Below the pieces are notes generated by a model. That model was not told where the DNA came from. It did no database searches and worked only from the letters and a program-made list of their open reading frames with translations. A stretch of DNA of 64,000 nt from NCBI GenBank assembly GCA_029762535.1, contig JARVGK010000014.1, positions 1 through 64,000 of the forward strand, given 5' to 3'. This stretch comes from Thermoplasmatota archaeon. GTDB taxonomy: Archaea; Thermoplasmatota; Penumbrarchaeia; Penumbrarchaeales; Penumbrarchaeaceae. This document shows positions 37,799 to 47,915 of this stretch, piece by piece (position 1 is the first letter of the stretch; every line of letters begins with the position of its first letter). The translations under genes were made by a program, and so were the position numbers.

Positions 37799-38257
37799 AT
37801 GGTCAAGGTCTATGTTTGCCCCAGATGCGGCGGCAGGGTCTCCGGGCAGATGGGCCCCCCTCCGCCCTGCAGGGAATGCGGGGCCGCTCCCCGGGTCGTC
37901 GAGGTGGACGTCGGGGGAAAGGAAGGGGTCCCCAGGTATCTGAACTGGGCGGGGGCAGCCCTTCTCATCATCTCGGTTATCATATTCGTCCTCTCCGCTC
38001 TCTCCATTCTCGTCCTGCCTATATTGGCCCTGCTGGCCCCGGTGGTCTTGAGCATACTGCTCCTCATTATCTCTCTCTTATTGCAGCGGAGGATCGTCTC
38101 CGAGGCCATAAGCCTGTCACAGAGCGAGCTCCCGGGAAAGAAGAGGGTGGTCAGGTCCTCCTCCCCCGGCAGGGATCGAGGGTATTCAGCCGTCAAGAGT
38201 GGCTCTTTGAACGCCGCTCCAAAGGCGAGGGCTGTGAAGATCCCCATCGACCGCTGA
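37799..38257 (+). CDS. Zn-ribbon membrane protein (2 TM)
   Basis: CPRCGG...CRECG followed by two hydrophobic helices. Confidence 0.7.
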   Translation: MVKVYVCPRCGGRVSGQMGPPPPCRECGAAPRVVEVDVGGKEGVPRYLNWAGAALLIISVIIFVLSALSILVLPILALLAPVVLSILLLIISLLLQRRIVSEAISLSQSELPGKKRVVRSSSPGRDRGYSAVKSGSLNAAPKARAVKIPIDR

Positions 38258-38353
38258 TACGATCTCCTAAGATAGTTTTTAATAATCAGTACTGATAACC
38301 CACGGGATCCATTATAGGCATTCCATTTGGCCAAGAACGATGGAGGAAACACG

Positions 38354-40933
38354 ATGAGGACACACTATGGGTTCATTGGGCTGGCGGCCGCGATCGCATT
38401 GTTGATGCTGTTGCCGTCGATCAGCGCTTTCGATACGGGAGGCTCGTCGAACGACAGGTCCATGATCACGGTCGAGGGAGCATCCGACGAGTTCTTCCTC
38501 GACAAGGGCGATATGCCTTTCGTTTGGGATATGATATTCAAAGAGCCACGGGTCATGGAGGTCACCCTCAACGTGATCAATCCGAACACCGGTATGGACC
38601 ATGACATCGACGTCTGGATCTCGAGCCCCGGATCCGACGGCTTCTCGTTCAAGATAGTGAGGTTCATCGATCCTTCCGGGCAGGAGATCGAAAGGAACGA
38701 TATCGAGAACGTTGGAGGACATCTGCGGATGAAGGACGTACCCGCCGGGGGCAGGTTCTCCGTGGTCATGGAGGCCGAATACACCGGCAAGGACGCTGAC
38801 AGCGAGTTCCCGCTGACCGTGCACGCCTCTCTGGTCGGGAACGATTTCACCACATCGAGAACGCTCATTTTCAGGACGTACGAGGGCAGCCATGTCTGGC
38901 TCTGGATAGCCCTTGCATCGGCCGTCATCGGACTGGGGGCCGCCTTCATCATCGCCAACGGGATCACGAAGAAGGAGGTCGCAGATGAGAAGCTCAAGGA
39001 GATATCCGGCTTCATAAAGGAAGGCGCGATGGCCTTCCTCAACGCCGAGTACAAGGTTATAGCGATCTACATAGTGTCAGTGATAGTCCTTCTGATAGTC
39101 CTCTTCGCCGTTCTGGGCATGAGCTGGCTTCTCATACCGGCCTTCATAATCGGCGCCTTCTTCTCGGCCATGGCTGGAAACATCGGTATGCGCATAGCGA
39201 CCATGGCCAACGCCAAGACGGCATGGGAATGCAAGAAGAGCATGAACGCCGGGTTGAGGGTCGCCTTCAGCTCCGGGGCCGTCATGGGACTGTGCGTGGT
39301 CGGCCTTGGTCTATTAGGGGTGACGCTCCTGTATTCGATATGGGGCAACGTGGACATGCTCTTCGGCTTCGGTTTCGGGGCTTCCTCCATCGCGCTGTTC
39401 GCAAGGGTCGGCGGCGGTATATATACCAAGGCCGCCGATGTGGGCGCCGACCTCGTGGGCAAGGTAGAGGCAGGTATTCCCGAGGACGATCCCAGGAATC
39501 CAGCGACCATCGCCGACAACGTGGGGGACAACGTCGGGGACGTCGCCGGCATGGGCGCGGACCTCTTCGAGTCCTACGTCGATTCCATAATAGCCGCCAT
39601 GGCCCTCGGTATCGCCGGCATCACTCTGCTCGGGGATACGCCGGCCTTCGGAGGCGCCTCGGGACTGGCCGTGATCCTCCCCATACTGCTCGCGGGCATA
39701 GGCATAATCAGCGCCATCATCGGCACCTTCTTCGTCAACGCCAAGGAGGGTCAGAACCCGCATTCCGCCCTTAACAAGGGCATATACGGAGCGTCCGTCA
39801 TCATGGGCGTCCTCTCGCTCGTCGTCATGTTCGTCCTCTTCAAGGGAGATATGATGGTCATTGGTCCTCTCTTCGGCTCTATGCTAGTGGGATTGGGTGC
39901 CGGCATTTTAATCGGAAAGGCGACCGAGTACTACACCTCAGCGGACAACAAGCCAACAAGGACGGTGTCCGAGGCCTCCACGAAGGGCGCGGCGACGAAC
40001 ATCATCGCCGGATTGGGGCTTGGCATGCTCTCTACGGTCATACCGGTCCTCGCCGTCTGCGTGACGATCGTGGTGGCCTTCCTGCTCTCAGGATTGTATG
40101 GCATCGCCCTCGCGGCCGTGGGAATGCTCTCGACGCTCGGGATCACTCTCGCGACGGACACATACGGTCCCGTCGCGGACAACGCCGCCGGGCTCGCCGA
40201 GATGGCGGACCTGGGCAAGACGGTCAGGAAGAGGGCCGAGGACTTAGACGCTGTGGGGAACACGACCGCTGCGATAGGAAAGGGTTTCGCGATAGGGTCC
40301 GCGGGCCTCACCGCGCTTGCGTTGTTCTCAACATACACCCTTCAGGCCAACATGGACCTGAGCAAGTTCACTCTCATCAACCCTTACGTGGTGGTCGGCG
40401 TGTTCATCGGAGGCCTTCTCCCATTCGTCTTCAGCGCACTTTCGATGATGGCTGTCGGGTCGGCGGCCCAGGATATGGTCGAGGAGGTAAGGAGGCAGTT
40501 CAAGGAGATCAAGGGCATCATGACCGGTAAGGCTAAGCCCGACTACCAGAAATGCGTGGAGATCTCCACCAAGGGCGCCATAAGGAAGATGATCCTGCCC
40601 TCTCTCATAGCCGTCCTGACCCCCCTTATCGTCGGTATGGTCTCCATAGAGGCCCTCGGAGGCCTCCTTGCGGGATCGATCGTCACCGGGTTCGTCCTGG
40701 CCGTCATGATGGCCAACTCCGGCGGGGCCTGGGACAACGCCAAGAAACACATAGAGGCGGGCAACTTCGGCGGCAAGGGATCGGATCCGCACAAGGCGGC
40801 GGTCGTGGGCGATACCGTGGGGGATCCGTTCAAGGACACATCCGGCCCCTCGCTCAACATACTCATCAAGCTCATGTCGATCGTGGCGCTCGTCTTCATA
40901 CCTCTGTTCCTGTTCATACAGGCACTCTGGTGA
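38354..40933 (+). CDS. hppA: Membrane ion-translocating pyrophosphatase (K+-dependent type, Na+ or H+) with N-terminal extension
   Basis: RVGGGIYTKAADVGADLVGKVEAGIPEDDPRN, DNVGDNVGD, GNTTAAIGKG (Ala form), GGAWDNAKK, GDTVGDPFKDTSGP. Confidence 0.96.
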   Translation: MRTHYGFIGLAAAIALLMLLPSISAFDTGGSSNDRSMITVEGASDEFFLDKGDMPFVWDMIFKEPRVMEVTLNVINPNTGMDHDIDVWISSPGSDGFSFKIVRFIDPSGQEIERNDIENVGGHLRMKDVPAGGRFSVVMEAEYTGKDADSEFPLTVHASLVGNDFTTSRTLIFRTYEGSHVWLWIALASAVIGLGAAFIIANGITKKEVADEKLKEISGFIKEGAMAFLNAEYKVIAIYIVSVIVLLIVLFAVLGMSWLLIPAFIIGAFFSAMAGNIGMRIATMANAKTAWECKKSMNAGLRVAFSSGAVMGLCVVGLGLLGVTLLYSIWGNVDMLFGFGFGASSIALFARVGGGIYTKAADVGADLVGKVEAGIPEDDPRNPATIADNVGDNVGDVAGMGADLFESYVDSIIAAMALGIAGITLLGDTPAFGGASGLAVILPILLAGIGIISAIIGTFFVNAKEGQNPHSALNKGIYGASVIMGVLSLVVMFVLFKGDMMVIGPLFGSMLVGLGAGILIGKATEYYTSADNKPTRTVSEASTKGAATNIIAGLGLGMLSTVIPVLAVCVTIVVAFLLSGLYGIALAAVGMLSTLGITLATDTYGPVADNAAGLAEMADLGKTVRKRAEDLDAVGNTTAAIGKGFAIGSAGLTALALFSTYTLQANMDLSKFTLINPYVVVGVFIGGLLPFVFSALSMMAVGSAAQDMVEEVRRQFKEIKGIMTGKAKPDYQKCVEISTKGAIRKMILPSLIAVLTPLIVGMVSIEALGGLLAGSIVTGFVLAVMMANSGGAWDNAKKHIEAGNFGGKGSDPHKAAVVGDTVGDPFKDTSGPSLNILIKLMSIVALVFIPLFLFIQALW

Positions 40934-41039
40934 TGGACCAGCATAACACAACAGCAGCGACACATCCAGTCGGTATGCTGAAAAGATCGGTGGAGGTCCT
41001 TGAAGATACAGGCCTGCCTGTCGCTGGCATGTAAGGACC

Positions 41040-41076
41040 AAAAAAAAAATATGGGGAGGACCCAGCCTCCCCTTTT
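41040..41076. terminator. Probable bidirectional terminator between hppA and rpl12
   Basis: GGGGAGG-ACCCAG-CCTCCCC hairpin flanked by A10 (a T-run on the minus strand) and TTTT. Confidence 0.65.
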
Positions 41077-41093
41077 ATTTCTGTTCCGCTATT

Positions 41094-41405
41094 TCAGCCG
41101 AACAGGGCACCGAGGCCGGCCATCGCTTCTTCCTCGGATGGTGCCTCTTCCTCGGGCTCTTCCTTCTTCTCTTCCTTCTTGGGGGCATCCGCAGCGCCCG
41201 AAGCGGCCGGGGCCGAAGCGGGAGCGGACGTTATCGCGGTCTTCATGGCCTCTTCGATGTTCACACCGTCCAACGATGTGACGACGGCCTTGACCCTTGT
41301 CGGCTCGACGCTTATCCCGGCGGCCTCGAGGACCTTTGTCAGAGAGGCCTCATCTATTCCCTTTCCAGCAGAGTGAAGGAGCAGGGCACCGTATATGTAT
41401 TCCAT
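41094..41405 (-). CDS. rpl12: 50S ribosomal stalk protein P1/L12
   Basis: [11 protein letters not shown], acidic C-terminus ending GLGALFG. Confidence 0.97.
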   Translation of the reverse strand: MEYIYGALLLHSAGKGIDEASLTKVLEAAGISVEPTRVKAVVTSLDGVNIEEAMKTAITSAPASAPAASGAADAPKKEEKKEEPEEEAPSEEEAMAGLGALFG

Positions 41406-41445
41406 GTCTTTTTTCCTCCTTTGTTCTTTGATCTTCTAATAATTC

Positions 41446-42462
41446 TTACCCGAACAGGGCTCCGAGCCCGGCCATTGCCTCTTCCTCGGATGGCGCCTCT
41501 TCCTCGGGCTCCTCCTTGGCCGACTCGTCCTCCTTTGCGGAGTCTTCCGCGGCCGGGGCGGGGGCGGCCTGGGCCGCACCCTCCAGGAGAGCCCGCAGCT
41601 CATCGTCGAGCGCCTCGGCGCTCATCGCCCGAGCCAGGGCAAGAATGCTTCCGTAGGCCCTGGAGAGTATGAGGTCCAGGGAATCCTTGTTCAGTATGCC
41701 CGCGCCAACGGCCAGGCCGAGCGCCTGTCCCCTTGCGCGAGCAAGTATCGGTACGATCGTCTGGGGCGTCGGGTATGCTGTGAAAACGGCCAGATTGAAG
41801 GCCAGCTGGGCCGCGCTCACCAGGTCCTGCCTGTATGCGTCCATGTCGATGTCGAGGTCCTTCGCCTCGAATATCTCGCCATCCTCATATGCTCCGAGAA
41901 GCACGATCCCGGCGGTGAAGGGGAATATCTCCAGCTTCGTGAGTATGAGCGCAAGGTCCCTTTTGATCGTGTCCCCCTTCTTCACCGGGGTAACGGTCTT
42001 CTTTATCACCACCTTGCCCTTGTCGATGGCGGCGGGGATCCCCACCTTGCCCATCTCGCCCACTATCGGTCCGGCCGGGAAGGGCGTCTCCCCGTCCTTG
42101 ATGATGATGTCCTCGGGGGCGGTCTCGCCGCCCTTGGCCGGCATTGGCTGCATGTTCTTTTTCAGCAGACCGAACAGCTTGAAGGGGTTCAGGTTCGTGC
42201 CCAATACAGCGACCTGGCCGTCGATATGCTCGGAGAGCTTCTCGATGCCGGCCTTGTTGGCGCTCTCCTCCTTTAGCGCCCTGTCGATGAGCGTCCTCTT
42301 GGCGACCTTGATCCTGAGATCGCCACGGACCTGGGCCCTGATCTGCTGCATCTGAAAGCCGGGTATCCTGTCCACCTTTACCACGGCCACTGTCCTGTAT
42401 CCGCTGATGATGCTCCTGAGGTCGGATACTGCGTCGATCTTCCAATCAGCGATAGATTCCAT
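41446..42462 (-). CDS. rplP0: 50S ribosomal protein L10/P0
   Basis: WK..V, Q.IR, TNLNPFKL, G.T.FPAGP, C-terminus ending GLGALFG. Confidence 0.96.
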   Translation of the reverse strand: MESIADWKIDAVSDLRSIISGYRTVAVVKVDRIPGFQMQQIRAQVRGDLRIKVAKRTLIDRALKEESANKAGIEKLSEHIDGQVAVLGTNLNPFKLFGLLKKNMQPMPAKGGETAPEDIIIKDGETPFPAGPIVGEMGKVGIPAAIDKGKVVIKKTVTPVKKGDTIKRDLALILTKLEIFPFTAGIVLLGAYEDGEIFEAKDLDIDMDAYRQDLVSAAQLAFNLAVFTAYPTPQTIVPILARARGQALGLAVGAGILNKDSLDLILSRAYGSILALARAMSAEALDDELRALLEGAAQAAPAPAAEDSAKEDESAKEEPEEEAPSEEEAMAGLGALFG

Positions 42463-42467
42463 CCCCA

Positions 42468-43112
42468 TCACCTCATCTTTATCCTCACGGCAGGGCCCAT
42501 CGTCGTCTTGACGTAGGCCGAGTGTACGTTCATATTGCCCCTCTCGAGCCTGGATAACACTCGCTTGAGTATGGCCTCCACGTTGTCGGCGATGTCCTCC
42601 GGGGGCATCGTCCTTGTGCCCACGGCGACGTGGAAGGTCCTCCTGTCCTTGCTCCTTATCTTGACGGTCCTTCTAAGGTTCGCAGCCACGGGACCGGGGT
42701 CCGAACCCGGAGGGATGGGCCTGGGCATCTTTCCCCTGGGGCCGAGTATGACACCGAGGCTCTTACCGATCGGTGCCATGAGCGGGGCCTCGGCGATGAA
42801 GAACTCTATGTCGTTGACCATATCCTTGGTGTCCCGCTTCTCCTCCGTGAGCTTGGATATCTCCTCAGATGGTATGATCATATCGACCGCGTCCTTGGCC
42901 TTGGTCGCCATCTCAGGGGTGGCGAATATGCCGATCCTGACATCCTTCCCCCTGCCTTTCGGAAGTATGATCTCCTCTGCGATCCTGTTCTTGGGATTCG
43001 AGAGGTCCACGTCCTTGAGGTTAATGGATAGCTCTACAGATTCGCTGAACTTGCGCTCGGGGGCCTTTGACAGGGCCTCCCTTACGGCCTCGATAATCTC
43101 TTTTTCCGCCAT
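42468..43112 (-). CDS. rpl1: 50S ribosomal protein L1
   Basis: RKFSESVELSINLKD, LGPRGKMP, YVKTTMGP. Confidence 0.97.
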   Translation of the reverse strand: MAEKEIIEAVREALSKAPERKFSESVELSINLKDVDLSNPKNRIAEEIILPKGRGKDVRIGIFATPEMATKAKDAVDMIIPSEEISKLTEEKRDTKDMVNDIEFFIAEAPLMAPIGKSLGVILGPRGKMPRPIPPGSDPGPVAANLRRTVKIRSKDRRTFHVAVGTRTMPPEDIADNVEAILKRVLSRLERGNMNVHSAYVKTTMGPAVRIKMR

Positions 43113-43125
43113 ATCTTACACCCCG

Positions 43126-43172
43126 TGTAGTTCGGCGGGGGTCCGCACGGGAGTGCGGAAGCCCCTCCTACA
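43126..43172 (-). promoter_or_regulatory. Ribosomal protein L1-binding mRNA element (autoregulatory leader)
   Basis: mRNA UGUAG-GAGGGG-CU-UCCGCAC(UCCC)GUGCGGA-CCCCC-GCCGAA-CUACA. Stems and internal loop resemble known L1 sites (AGGAGG...CCGCGAAACU). Lies just upstream of rpl1. Confidence 0.72.
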
Positions 43173-43202
43173 TCGGATGATCCGTCAATGAGGGCCCTGC
43201 CC

Positions 43203-43679
43203 TCACTGGAGGAGGGCGTTATAATGGCCCTCATTTATAAGCTTTTGTACCTCCTTGGGGGATTTGCCGTCCACCTTGATGTGCAGGGAGACAGCGGTAC
43301 CCAGCACCTCTTTCAGCGCATCCTTGAGCTCCACCCCTAAAAGCGTGTCCCGCTTCATCTTCGCCACCCTGATCGCCTGTTCCATGCTCAGGTCGGTGCT
43401 CGCGCCGGATGCGTTGTCGCCCGGCCCCTTCTCGAGCTTTAGCTCCTTCATTATCAATGAGGATGTCGGAGGGGTGCCAACGGTTATCTTGAAATCCTTG
43501 GTCTTCGTATCCACTATGACCGTGACCGGCACCTTCATTCCCTGGAAAGCCTCTGTCTTCTGGTTGATCTCGGCTATGACCTTTCCGATGTTAAGCCCGA
43601 GTGGTCCCAATGCGGGTCCGAGCGGCGGCCCTGCCGATGCCTTTCCGCCGTCGACCAGGACCTCTACCTTCTCTGCCAT
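43203..43679 (-). CDS. rpl11: 50S ribosomal protein L11
   Basis: GGKASAGPPLGPALGPLG, VPVTV, VGTPPTS. Confidence 0.97.
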   Translation of the reverse strand: MAEKVEVLVDGGKASAGPPLGPALGPLGLNIGKVIAEINQKTEAFQGMKVPVTVIVDTKTKDFKITVGTPPTSSLIMKELKLEKGPGDNASGASTDLSMEQAIRVAKMKRDTLLGVELKDALKEVLGTAVSLHIKVDGKSPKEVQKLINEGHYNALLQ

Positions 43680-43811
43680 TTTCATTTCTCCTGACCAGTT
43701 CCAAACCGGAGTAAAAGAGGCGTAGGTTGAACTTGTATAAAAAATATGCCCGCATCGGACGCTCCATCGGGCATCGGGGGCGGTTCAAAAACATATTTAA
43801 GCCCGGTGTCC

Positions 43812-46800
43812 ATGGGAAAGGATATGGAAAGACCCGCCGTGATCATGGCGTTCGTTGCGATCTTCCTGTTGTTCATCGCATCGGCGGGATATTCAGGACG
43901 CTCGGGATCGGCTCCGGACCTGGAGATAACGGCCTTCGACGTAACGGGGTCCGTGGACGGTTATGCCCTCGCCCTCACCGTCAGGAACAATGGCGTATTC
44001 CCCTCGGAGCAGGTGTGGGCATCCGTTTTCGACGAGTCCGACCCGGTATCGGGGTCAGGCTCGCAGATAGCAAGGATCAGCATCCCCTCTCTTGATACAG
44101 GAAAGGAATTCTCGAGGACGGTCGACTGGTTCCCCTCCTCCGGGGGATCCCATCGCCTGTGGGCCATCGTTGATGTGGAGAACAGGGGGATGGAGGTCGA
44201 CAGGATGGACAACGTCGCTTCGATCGACCTTTACCTTCCGGGGATAACCCATATATCATCCCCGGTGGACGGTGTGATCGACCCCACCTCAATAGGATGG
44301 GCGTTCTCGGGCGTGAGCGCAGAGTTCCCCATCGAGATACACTATGGGGGCGATCCCGATCCGAACAGGGTCAAGGCATACATACAGATCGGGGAGGAGA
44401 ACGTGGAATACGCTCCCACGGGCCCAGACGGAACATCGAAGGCGCTGATCGATCCAGGTACGCTGGACCCGGGCATGCACGAATTGAAGGCCGATGTCAC
44501 CATATCCGGCCTGAGAATGACGGACAACGGCACCACCTTATCCATCAGAGAGGTTCCGGAATGGATCTCGTCGATGGGATCCTACAGGGCATATTTCGAC
44601 CGAGATAAGAAGGAATACGTTTTCACCGGAGTTCACGACGTTCCGACGAGGTCCGCATCCGTCCCGATCGAGGGCCTGGGGCGATCCGTTCCCTTAACAT
44701 TGTGTGCCGGAGCATCGGAAGTGTATCTGGAGGTCCGTGTTCTGACCGACGGGACCACGACGGTATCCTCCAGGGGTGGCATATCCATCGAGATCGGCGG
44801 TGTGGTCAGTACGATAACGATGGAGGGAAGGCACTTCGCAACTGATCCGGAGGATGACATGATCCTTTCCATGCAGGGAGGCTCCGATATCGCCGCCCAT
44901 TTGGGCTGGGCTGGAAACGCGGACGGGTCCATCGAGGCATTTCCCGGAGCGCCTTTCCCCCTCATCGATATGCCGGACGCGAATGGAAAGGCTGGATGTA
45001 CGATGGACCTGAAGATGGGTTCTGGCGGATTTTCGCTCAGCGCATCGTTATCCCTTTCCCTTGAGGGCACTGGCTCACAGGCCCTCTCCGATGCGTCCTG
45101 GGGCCTGGATTCGCCCTTTTCTTTGATCGGAACGAGCGTGGAATGGGAAACTACCCATATTCTCGATGAAAGAGGCGAATGGTCCTTTCAGGGCGGGGCC
45201 GAAGGGAACTCATCCATCTACGCATGGGACATCGGCCTCTCATACGGCGATCTCCCGCAGGGGCTCGCTCCGATCTCATCCAGAGGCCTTTCGTTCCTCG
45301 ATATGGTGGGTGAGAATGCCAGTGCGGTCGTGGTCCCGCAGGAGAAAGGATCGATCACCCATGTGACGTATATCGAGGGGGAGAAGGAAATAAGGCTGCA
45401 CGGCTCGAACCTCTACAAATCCAGCCCCCGCTCGCTCAGGCTTCCCAATGGGAACGTCTTCATTTCCTGGACCGAGGCCTCCTCATACTCCTCGGACCCG
45501 GTGGAGAGGTATTCATCCCTAAGGGTCATGTACGCCATCCTTGACGTCATCAGCGGAGATGTGGAGGGGCCTTTCACGTTCCTGGATTCGACGTGCTTCT
45601 CGGCCCGACCCGTCCTGATCGGAAACCCCGGCAGGCCCGCCCTGTTCTACCTTGCAGATGGGGATTCCGATCCCGGGACCAGGGATGATATGACGCTCGC
45701 GGTCGCGACGTTCAACGGCTCCGGGATCGACGGCATGGATAATTTGACGGAGGGCGGCATCCTTCGGAGCCTGTCCCCGCTCCGAACGATCGACGGGGAT
45801 GCGATGATCGCTTGGACCAACGGCACCTACATCGGCATGGCCATGGTGCGGGAGGATGGGTCCTCCTCGCTCATGAACCCCGTGACGCCTGGAGGAAAGG
45901 TGATATCGATAGCGGCGGGTCCGCTCGCGGACGGATCTATAGCCCTGGCCTATTCTACACTTGGAAAGGGCGATGAACCATGTTCGGTGGAGGTCCTGCG
46001 GACGGGGGTCGACGGGACACCGATCTCCGGGCCCATTGTCGTCATGTCCGGGGAGGGGATCATGGATTCTTTGTCCCTGAGGGGGGATCCCTTCGAAACC
46101 CTCTCCCTGTCCTTTCGAGGTTCCCGTCAGGGCGTTGACTCGGTATACATCAGCACGGCCAATGCCGAGAACGGTGCCGTGGAATGGCTGCCACCCCTGA
46201 AGGCCGCCGCGGAACCCGGGGTCAAGTTATCGGTGGACGCCCTGCCCCTCGGGGGCGGCGAGTACCTCATCGGATGGATGGTACCCCTCCAAACCCAAGG
46301 ACGGTCCAACGCATCGATGGAGGGGGATCCGCTCATAATGAGATACGACCTGTCCCATGCGGCGGACGTGGAGGGCGCCTCCCATTCCGCCAAGGGCGGC
46401 TACGTACCTGGCGACATGATGGTCGTCAGCGCGGAAGTGAGGAACAGGGGATTCAGGCCCGATACGGAGGTCAGCGTGGAGTTCATCAAGGCTTTGAGGG
46501 ACCCGCTCACCGGCGAGGTCTCCGGCCAGAGCGCTGGATCAAGAAAGGCGTTCTTCGATTCTTTGGGGGGTCTCACCTCGGTGGACATCCCTATGCTCGT
46601 ATCCGAGAACCAGCTGGGGGTACATGTCGTGGTCGTATCCCCGAGATGGTCCGGTCCCGACCACGAGTCCCATGTGTTCCTTTCCATCCCGGCCGTTGCG
46701 GACCCTGTCCTTAAGGATGTGGCCTTTGAGACGATGGATAACGGAACTCTGCGCATCGAGGTAAGGATCGATAACAGGGGCTCGCTATCGACCGGCAGCA

Positions 46801-47915
46801 GACTTCTGAGCGTCATGGGAACGGAGAGGACGCGGCCCGCGGTCCTACCTGGAAAGTTGTTCGAGCCATCACATCTGAGGCAGTATTCCACATACTCCGC
46901 CATAACGTCAACAACGATACACGTCGATCCCCTCGAGAGCAGGGTCCACGTGTTCAACGTCAGGCCCGAAGCCGGGGTGAGATATGTCACGGTGGCCCTC
47001 GAAGGCCGTCCATGGGAGAACGATATCCTGTCCAATGCAGTTCACAGGCAGGCGGTGATGCCCTGGATCACGGCAGGGTCCAATATCTCTGGGGTCCGCT
47101 ATCTCCCATCCGATGACGGGATACGTATAGGGATCGCCAATGAAGGGGGATGTTCCCTGCGCGATATCTTGGAGCTCCCCTCCTTCGATGGTCCCGCAGA
47201 GATCGGTTCCATGGTCCCTGCCGATTCTTTCCATATCCGGGCAGGGGATGCTGTCCTGGCATCCGTGAACGTCACGGACCTCGATCCTGGATCGGTCATA
47301 CTGACGGTCATCGATGAGGACCTCGGAGGTCTTGCCGGGGATGTGGGCCGGCTGGAGCTGAGGGGCGAATGGGACGATAGCGCCGTGATGTCCATAGGCC
47401 GGACCCCTTCATCCTTTCGTCTGTCTGCGGTCATGCTCCCACCGACACAGCTGTCGTTCCAGGGCGATGTTCAAGTGGATACCGTGATCAGGACCCACAG
47501 GTTCGTTCTGGGCATCAACAACACATCACAGCACTCGGTGAGATGCCTGGTGCTCAACCTGCACGACGGGATCGCGGGCGAGGGCGAACTCGTGGCCAGC
47601 TTGATCATATCCAACCTGGTCCCCGGCGAGGTTCGCAACACCTCCATCCCGCTGGACCTGGAAGAGGGTGTGTTCTTTCTTCATCTAGAGGTCCTGGAGC
47701 TTAACAGGACCGGCAACGGGATTTACGATGTGGTCCTGGCAAGATCTGGGGAGTTCGTCGTCAAGGACATGGTCCCACCTGACGAAAACGGGGAAAAGGC
47801 CAGCAGGGAGGAGGTGGAGAGGTCCCTGATAATCTCAGGGGCCTTGGCGACAGCCATCATAGTCCTGGCTTTTATCAACAGGGCCTACGAGGAGACAAAG
47901 AAGGGGAAGGAATGA
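43812..47915 (+). CDS. Large secreted/surface protein with CARDB-like Ig domains and C-terminal TM
   Basis: Signal peptide, PDLEIT...TVRNNG...W.P..GG.H.LWAIVD.EN...E....DN, further Ig-like units. Start uncertain. Confidence 0.8.
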   Translation: MGKDMERPAVIMAFVAIFLLFIASAGYSGRSGSAPDLEITAFDVTGSVDGYALALTVRNNGVFPSEQVWASVFDESDPVSGSGSQIARISIPSLDTGKEFSRTVDWFPSSGGSHRLWAIVDVENRGMEVDRMDNVASIDLYLPGITHISSPVDGVIDPTSIGWAFSGVSAEFPIEIHYGGDPDPNRVKAYIQIGEENVEYAPTGPDGTSKALIDPGTLDPGMHELKADVTISGLRMTDNGTTLSIREVPEWISSMGSYRAYFDRDKKEYVFTGVHDVPTRSASVPIEGLGRSVPLTLCAGASEVYLEVRVLTDGTTTVSSRGGISIEIGGVVSTITMEGRHFATDPEDDMILSMQGGSDIAAHLGWAGNADGSIEAFPGAPFPLIDMPDANGKAGCTMDLKMGSGGFSLSASLSLSLEGTGSQALSDASWGLDSPFSLIGTSVEWETTHILDERGEWSFQGGAEGNSSIYAWDIGLSYGDLPQGLAPISSRGLSFLDMVGENASAVVVPQEKGSITHVTYIEGEKEIRLHGSNLYKSSPRSLRLPNGNVFISWTEASSYSSDPVERYSSLRVMYAILDVISGDVEGPFTFLDSTCFSARPVLIGNPGRPALFYLADGDSDPGTRDDMTLAVATFNGSGIDGMDNLTEGGILRSLSPLRTIDGDAMIAWTNGTYIGMAMVREDGSSSLMNPVTPGGKVISIAAGPLADGSIALAYSTLGKGDEPCSVEVLRTGVDGTPISGPIVVMSGEGIMDSLSLRGDPFETLSLSFRGSRQGVDSVYISTANAENGAVEWLPPLKAAAEPGVKLSVDALPLGGGEYLIGWMVPLQTQGRSNASMEGDPLIMRYDLSHAADVEGASHSAKGGYVPGDMMVVSAEVRNRGFRPDTEVSVEFIKALRDPLTGEVSGQSAGSRKAFFDSLGGLTSVDIPMLVSENQLGVHVVVVSPRWSGPDHESHVFLSIPAVADPVLKDVAFETMDNGTLRIEVRIDNRGSLSTGSRLLSVMGTERTRPAVLPGKLFEPSHLRQYSTYSAITSTTIHVDPLESRVHVFNVRPEAGVRYVTVALEGRPWENDILSNAVHRQAVMPWITAGSNISGVRYLPSDDGIRIGIANEGGCSLRDILELPSFDGPAEIGSMVPADSFHIRAGDAVLASVNVTDLDPGSVILTVIDEDLGGLAGDVGRLELRGEWDDSAVMSIGRTPSSFRLSAVMLPPTQLSFQGDVQVDTVIRTHRFVLGINNTSQHSVRCLVLNLHDGIAGEGELVASLIISNLVPGEVRNTSIPLDLEEGVFFLHLEVLELNRTGNGIYDVVLARSGEFVVKDMVPPDENGEKASREEVERSLIISGALATAIIVLAFINRAYEETKKGKE

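Noticed and set aside
40934-41039. Short stems (GGACC/GGTCC, CAGCATA/TATGCTG) downstream of hppA
   Set aside because: Weak, located between convergent genes, and no recognisable RNA family.
41098-41518. ~68-bp direct repeat at the ends of rpl12 and rplP0
   Set aside because: This is the known shared C-terminal stalk motif of archaeal P1 and P0, so it is expected.
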